Assembly (NCBI GenBank): GCA_035645215.1
Contig: DASQND010000028.1
Span: 9,241 to 73,240 of the forward strand
Reading direction: 5' to 3'
DNA: 64,000 bases
Origin: Allosphingosinicella sp.
Lineage (GTDB): Bacteria; Pseudomonadota; Alphaproteobacteria; Sphingomonadales; Sphingomonadaceae
Below the pieces are notes generated by a model. That model ran no database searches. It had not been told where the DNA came from and saw nothing but the letters and a program-made list of their open reading frames with translations. The position numbers and the translations under genes were made by a program. Shown in pieces: positions 59,305 through 64,000 of the stretch (position 1 is its first letter; each line of letters begins with the position of its first letter).

Positions 59305-60346
59305 CCACATGAAGACCGCAGGCGAGAAGGTATATCGCCGCGCGCTCGATGCGGTTCGCGGTAAGCGCGTCGATCCAGGCGAGTTCGGGAGCACTGCAAT
59401 GCTCTTCGACGTAGCGCGCTGCGAACTCGGTGACGGAATTGGCAGGCCCGATGGTCGGCATCGGGTTGATTTCCAGGAACACGCAGTCGGAGAAGGGGAT
59501 CGCGCGCCCGGCCGACGGGCGCGTCTTTAGCCGCACATCGATTCGTGACACGAACCGGCCTCCGAAACGGCGGGTCAGCGCTACCGCATGCGCTGCGAGT
59601 TCGGGTTCGGCTGGGCAGTTCAGAACGCCGACCTGGGTGCGGACTCCCGGATTGCGCTTCTCGAAAGAATCGTAGACCCAATCCTCGGGATCATCGAGCG
59701 ACGGCACCATTACCTGCACTCCCCGGCATTCGAGGTGCCGCGACGTGGCCGAATAGAGCGTCACGATGGTTGCGTCATATCCCCGCACGAATTCCTCGAC
59801 AACGTAATCGTCATCGGCTGCTTCACGCGCCTCGCTAAGCGTGAGCCGCGTCAGTCCGACGCTGCTCCCGAAGGTCCTGGGCTTGCGGATCACCTCGCAC
59901 GCGTCGGTGAGGCCGTCCGCCTGCGAGCGTGGAGTTCGCCACCCGCTGTCGCGGGCGATGATCGTAGCGATGTCCTTTGCCTCGCCGAGCGCTGCGGTGA
60001 AGGCGCTGCACGGAAAGCTCGGCACGCCTCGCCAGACGCTGAGGGCAGGAACCAGGGCCCACTGGTCGAGGGAGCGGTTTCCGGCATTGAGGTTGATCAT
60101 GAAGTCGATGTGGCCATGGGGCGAGCCGCAGAATGCGAGCCACTGATCGACGTCGAAGAAGACTGGTATCGCTCCGCAATGTTCGACGGCTTGCGAGAAC
60201 ATCGCAATCACGCGGGTCTGCCACCGGTGGTACCAATTCTCATCGAGCGGGACGCCGAACCTGTGACTGTAGACGATAGCCACGCGGCGCCCTTCGAGGG
60301 CTGCAGCGAATGCCGCCAGTGTCGCTCGGTCTCGCGCCTCGCTCAT
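59291..60346 (-). CDS. D-Ala-D-Ala-ligase-like ATP-grasp protein
   Basis: KPRTFGSSVG, VEEFVRG, SRIDVR, FLEINPMP. Confidence 0.8.
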   Translation of the reverse strand: MSEARDRATLAAFAAALEGRRVAIVYSHRFGVPLDENWYHRWQTRVIAMFSQAVEHCGAIPVFFDVDQWLAFCGSPHGHIDFMINLNAGNRSLDQWALVPALSVWRGVPSFPCSAFTAALGEAKDIATIIARDSGWRTPRSQADGLTDACEVIRKPRTFGSSVGLTRLTLSEAREAADDDYVVEEFVRGYDATIVTLYSATSRHLECRGVQVMVPSLDDPEDWVYDSFEKRNPGVRTQVGVLNCPAEPELAAHAVALTRRFGGRFVSRIDVRLKTRPSAGRAIPFSDCVFLEINPMPTIGPANSVTEFAARYVEEHCSAPELAWIDALTANRIERAAIYLLACGLHVVSSK

Positions 60347-60360
60347 AATTCCGAGTTATC
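60339..60360 (-). repeat. Site A2 (contains the start codon at 60346)
   Basis: Reverse complement is identical to site A1. Confidence 0.85.
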
Positions 60361-60449
60361 GGTCGCGTTGCCGCTGGCAGCCGGTGCCCGAGCAGCTGCG
60401 ACTTTCGCATTCCCTTAGCTTCGGTTACATATCAGCAATCAGCAGGACG

Positions 60450-60466
60450 GATAATTCGGGATTATG
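60450..60466 (+). repeat. Site B1, GATAATTCGGGATTATG (contains the start codon at 60464)
   Basis: Perfect 17-bp inverted repeat with 62200-62216; differs from the A sites at 2 spacer positions. Confidence 0.85.
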
Positions 60467-61414
60467 GATAACCCGCGGCAGCTTTTCTTCCTAATGAACA
60501 GCGCCTTTTTGGGCTTCGTACTGACCGCTCTTTATGGGATCTTGACGTCGCTTGCCGTCTGGATTCTGACGCCCGGCGATTTCCAGCGATATCACCAAGC
60601 GTTCTTCGTAACGATCAACTGTGCCGTGGCCGGTGGCCTGGTGTCGACCACCGCCATCCTGATCCTGAGGACGCAAGATTTCGTCCCGAAGATTGTTGAA
60701 AGCGCCTTTACGAGGAGGGAGCTCGAGGGCACCGATTATTACCCAAACAAAGCACGCTTTTGTTCGTTGACTCGGTCGCTCACTTTTTCGTCGTCGTTCG
60801 CCATCGGGGCGGTAGCCATTTTCTATCTAGCGCGATTTCCCTTCCGAGGCCCGGCGGAATATTTCATGATCGCGTTCGGCTGCGCCCAATATGCCATGGG
60901 CGTATACGTTGGAAGGAAGCTGTTTTACATTGCGCAGATGCTTCGGGCAATCGACGGGTTGAAGGTGAAAAGGGATTTATTCCAAAAGGATCGCCTTGCG
61001 GGCATAACCACCTACGTGAACGCGGCCTCGACCTGTACCGCAATCATGGTGTTTGTGGGTGTGCGAAGCTATTATTACGCGCCGTTTCAATATGATTCAT
61101 TGTTTGGAAATTCTGTAAAGATTTTCATGCTGCTTCCAGCGGTAATCGCCATTCCTGTCCTCGCTCTGTTCAATTATTTTCCCCGCAGCGTAGTCCGGCG
61201 ACTCTACGAGCGGTCAATCCGATTATCCCAAGAACGGATGAAGCGGCAGTTCAGGAATGTTAACCTTTCGGAATTCGAGAAGCTCACATATCTTGTCGAG
61301 TACGGAAAGATATCGCAGGACGAGCTGAGATACCGACTGAGGATGACACTCACCGATCTGCCGATGGCCGCGACGCTGGCGATAGCGGTGATAAGTGTAA
61401 TTGTGGCGAGCTAG
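60464..61414 (+). CDS. Hypothetical multi-pass membrane protein
   Basis: About 7 hydrophobic segments; AT-rich codon usage. Confidence 0.75.
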   Translation: MDNPRQLFFLMNSAFLGFVLTALYGILTSLAVWILTPGDFQRYHQAFFVTINCAVAGGLVSTTAILILRTQDFVPKIVESAFTRRELEGTDYYPNKARFCSLTRSLTFSSSFAIGAVAIFYLARFPFRGPAEYFMIAFGCAQYAMGVYVGRKLFYIAQMLRAIDGLKVKRDLFQKDRLAGITTYVNAASTCTAIMVFVGVRSYYYAPFQYDSLFGNSVKIFMLLPAVIAIPVLALFNYFPRSVVRRLYERSIRLSQERMKRQFRNVNLSEFEKLTYLVEYGKISQDELRYRLRMTLTDLPMAATLAIAVISVIVAS

Positions 61415-62202
61415 ATGAGGAAGATCAGAGCGGCCATCAGTTGCAGCTTCATTAGGTGTATCAGGAATAATCGCGCCTGAGGTCGCCTCCAATGCGCTGC
61501 GCTGTAAATGAACAGAAGTAGAATAAGGCCCAGCGAGATCGTTCTCAGCGAACTGGTCAAATGCATTCCGAGGACGCCCATGGCCATAGCTTGGAGGATA
61601 AATGCAATGACAGCAGCGCGCCCGGTGGTAAGCGATTTGGCGAGGGTTTGTCCGTCCCCCGGTGCGTCGTGAACGTCCATTAGCATCTCGCGTCCGAACA
61701 CGAACAGGAAGATTGCGATGGCCACGGAGGTGTGAATCGCCGGAGCCGCCAAGGCGGAATTTACGATGAATACGGGTACCGTAGCCGTGAGCGCCACATA
61801 CGGATTCTTCAGTTTGGGTAAGTTGTTGACGATTGTGTTGTAATTGATCGCGAGCAGGAAGCCCGCCAAGTAGATGAAATGCACACCACGTTCGATCAAG
61901 ATGCGAACGAGGATGAGCGACGTGCCGAACAGCAGCAGGTACACGACGGCGGCTTTCCCGACGGTGATCGAACCTGTCGGAAGCGGCCGTCGTGGATGGT
62001 TGATGCGGTCCCGCTCGATATCGTTGATATCGTTGAGGATGAACATGCACATTGCGATCGTGAAGATCGGGGTAGCCACTACGATGCTCGACCAGATATC
62101 CCGCGTGCGAACGTAATAGGGCAGGAACACCATTGCGAACGCTAGAGCGCTAGTTGCCGCCCGCGAGAGCCTCAACAGGCTTAACACCAGCCCGTGACTC
62201 AT
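61411..62202 (-). CDS. UbiA-family prenyltransferase
   Basis: NDINDIERDRINHPRRPLPTG and REMLMDVHDAPGD Asp-rich motifs. Confidence 0.88.
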   Translation of the reverse strand: MSHGLVLSLLRLSRAATSALAFAMVFLPYYVRTRDIWSSIVVATPIFTIAMCMFILNDINDIERDRINHPRRPLPTGSITVGKAAVVYLLLFGTSLILVRILIERGVHFIYLAGFLLAINYNTIVNNLPKLKNPYVALTATVPVFIVNSALAAPAIHTSVAIAIFLFVFGREMLMDVHDAPGDGQTLAKSLTTGRAAVIAFILQAMAMGVLGMHLTSSLRTISLGLILLLFIYSAAHWRRPQARLFLIHLMKLQLMAALIFLI

Positions 62203-62216
62203 AATCCCGAATTATC
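62200..62216 (-). repeat. Site B2 (contains the start codon at 62202)
   Basis: Reverse complement is identical to site B1. Confidence 0.85.
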
Positions 62217-62526
62217 GATCGGCTAACACGGCGGAGCGCACTAGGCTGGCCATTCGCCAGGCGCGCAGGCTTGGCAGATCTGATGGGCGGGCGAGGGCAA
62301 TTGCCTTCCCTCTTCGTCCGCCTTTCATCGGCACTCGCTTGAAGCGCGCCACGCCTCTGTTGCTCGCAACCGATGAGCGGAAACAGCGTATTGGAGCCTC
62401 ACCTGAACTCCCGCCGGAACTCCGCTTGCTTGTCCTGCTCGGCTGGCGGGTTCCGAAGTATCTATGGCTCATGCGGAGCATCGCTGTGCATCAGCGGCGC
62501 ACTACAATTGCGACCGGACATAAAAC

Positions 62527-62604
62527 TGGCGCGGGCCGCCAGAATTCGAACCCGCGGCCCCAAGCTTAGAAGGCTCGTGCTCTATCTAGATTAATTACCC
62601 TCAG
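62527..62604 (-). pseudogene. Degenerate tRNA-Arg(UCU)
   Basis: GATAGAGCA, anticodon arm cgagc-CTTCTAA-gcttg, GGTTCGAAT, 3' CCA; the 5' acceptor strand and D-stem do not pair. Confidence 0.6.
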
Positions 62605-63014
62605 TGGTAGCCCGCCGGCAGGTTTCTATCGCAAGACTCTCCGCCCCGTCGAATAAGCGCCGTCCCGTCGCGAACTAGGATCTCTCGGTGTTGCTAAGAT
62701 GCGGGCGCGAAAGGCCTGAATATTGTGCCACTGGCCATCGGCGGCTGTACACAATCGCAGAAAGCGGGAGGCCTTTACGGGAGACGGCAGCGTGGCAATC
62801 TCAAAGTCTGAGGCGGTCGGCTGGAGCGGAGGCGATTACTCTTCGAGAGCCACGTGACAGTATCCGCTCCCCTCCCGCTTTGAAGGCTCGACAGCTAAGT
62901 AGGAGGCGGTTTGACCCGTTAAGTTCGGTTGCTCCAACCGTCCTACTGCCGTGTCACAAGAGGGCGTTGTGGTAGTCACAGCGTGCCAAGGCGACTAAGC
63001 GTAGGCGCCCTAGG

Positions 63015-63980
63015 TCACCGCGCGGCTGGAGGGATCTGATAGCCGAAATCGAGGTGTCGAGCAGCGAGTCGCAGAACTAGATCCAGGCCGCAGATCACGA
63101 AGGTGGCTCCGCGGAGGTTGCCGTAGCTCCTGAGGGCATGCGTCTCGGCATGTCGATTGGGGACGTTGCCACGGGCGGCGGCATGGGTTTCGTTCCTGCA
63201 TGAAGCGAACAGCTGGTCTTCGATGAATTCGTACATCGACATTGTCTCGATCGGATCCTCACGGATCATCGGTGTTTCCAGAAGCAAGCGCAGCAGGCCG
63301 TCCACTGCGGCTTTCGAACTCCGCTTCGTCACCATCGTGCGCGCAACTGCCTCGAACTCCGGCATCAGGACCCGGACGACCGTCAGGTAGCTGCCGGTGA
63401 CGTACGCAGCACACGCCTCAGTCACTGCGGTCCGAACCGACGCCGAGACCCGGTCCACGTTATACCCAAGGATCCGCCGTTCGATTTCGGCGGCGACTGC
63501 CGGCCGGTTGCGTTCAAACCACGCCTCGGCCATCGCACCGACGTCGGCGCCTTCGTCGAGCAGCGACATCTGGAAGCCGTCTTCCATGATCGCGATACCG
63601 GGCCATTCTGCCTTTCGCAGTTCCCACGCCGCCTCCTGCGCGACCGAGACTGGATCGATGATGATGCCGAAGCCGGGTTCCGGCGTCAAATCCCAAGGTC
63701 GCGGATGGACGAACGGCCAGATTCCGGTGCCTTTGTGCGGAACTCTTCGTCGGAAGGGATCGAACATGTCTCTGCTCCTGACGTCCCGGTTGAACGTGTG
63801 AGGCTCAGCGTCTGCTGGCATGAGCTCGCAACGGGCCGCGTTGTCTCGTCGGCTAATCAAATGGCGGCGGGCGATGTCAATGTCAGGTTGCCCGAGTGTC
63901 AGTGTAAGGTTGTGCCAATGGCTACAGCTTCGGAAGCGTGACGCCGCGCTGGCCCATATATTTGCCGGCGCGGTCGGCAT
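63015..63980 (-). CDS. Hypothetical protein with a C-terminal HEPN-like RxxxxH motif; start uncertain
   Basis: PNRHAETH near the C-terminus in a helical region. Confidence 0.55.
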   Translation of the reverse strand: MPTAPANIWASAASRFRSCSHWHNLTLTLGQPDIDIARRHLISRRDNAARCELMPADAEPHTFNRDVRSRDMFDPFRRRVPHKGTGIWPFVHPRPWDLTPEPGFGIIIDPVSVAQEAAWELRKAEWPGIAIMEDGFQMSLLDEGADVGAMAEAWFERNRPAVAAEIERRILGYNVDRVSASVRTAVTEACAAYVTGSYLTVVRVLMPEFEAVARTMVTKRSSKAAVDGLLRLLLETPMIREDPIETMSMYEFIEDQLFASCRNETHAAARGNVPNRHAETHALRSYGNLRGATFVICGLDLVLRLAARHLDFGYQIPPAAR

Positions 63981-64000
63981 AGCTCGTTTCGCAGGGCTCG

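Noticed and set aside
56591-62216. Classical integron or canonical dif/pdif array
   Set aside because: No attC hairpins at gene 3' ends and no evident IntI-specific insertion; the spacer is 7 bp rather than 6 bp and the right arm is not TTATGTTAAAT-like.
1-64000. CRISPR array, cas genes, rRNA or intact tRNA
   Set aside because: No regularly spaced repeat-spacer array, cas motif, rRNA or fully paired tRNA was seen; a CAST assignment for tnsABC cannot be judged within this window.

Overview
High-GC alphaproteobacterial accessory/defence island; the MucR/Ros copy, AddAB-like pair and gene style suggest a Sphingomonadaceae-like host, which is an inference. From left to right it contains: (1) a Tn7/Tn5053-like tnsA-tnsB-tnsC core running off the left edge, next to three apparently catalytically dead TnsB-like paralogues; (2) a DnaQ-like exonuclease and an AddB/AddA-like pair; (3) a GHKL-ATPase/nuclease, YaaC, a vanadium haloperoxidase-like enzyme, a TIR protein and MucR; (4) a complete RiPP cluster with a Cys/Ser-rich double-glycine precursor, ATP-grasp ligase, esterase, HlyD and C39-peptidase ABC exporter; (5) a secreted caspase-trypsin-PPC cluster; (6) a small-protein/nucleotidyltransferase pair; (7) a WYL-regulated Ubl-E2-JAB-E1 (Bil-like) operon with a fifth, nuclease-like gene; (8) Gabija; and (9) a XerC/D-like recombinase. 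The most unusual signal follows the recombinase. Two convergent gene pairs are each flanked by a perfect inverted pair of 17-22 bp GATAA-N7-TTATG sites, and each site contains the start codon of the adjacent gene. This looks like an invertible or cassette-like system I cannot name. All family calls come from motifs read by eye; no database search was run.
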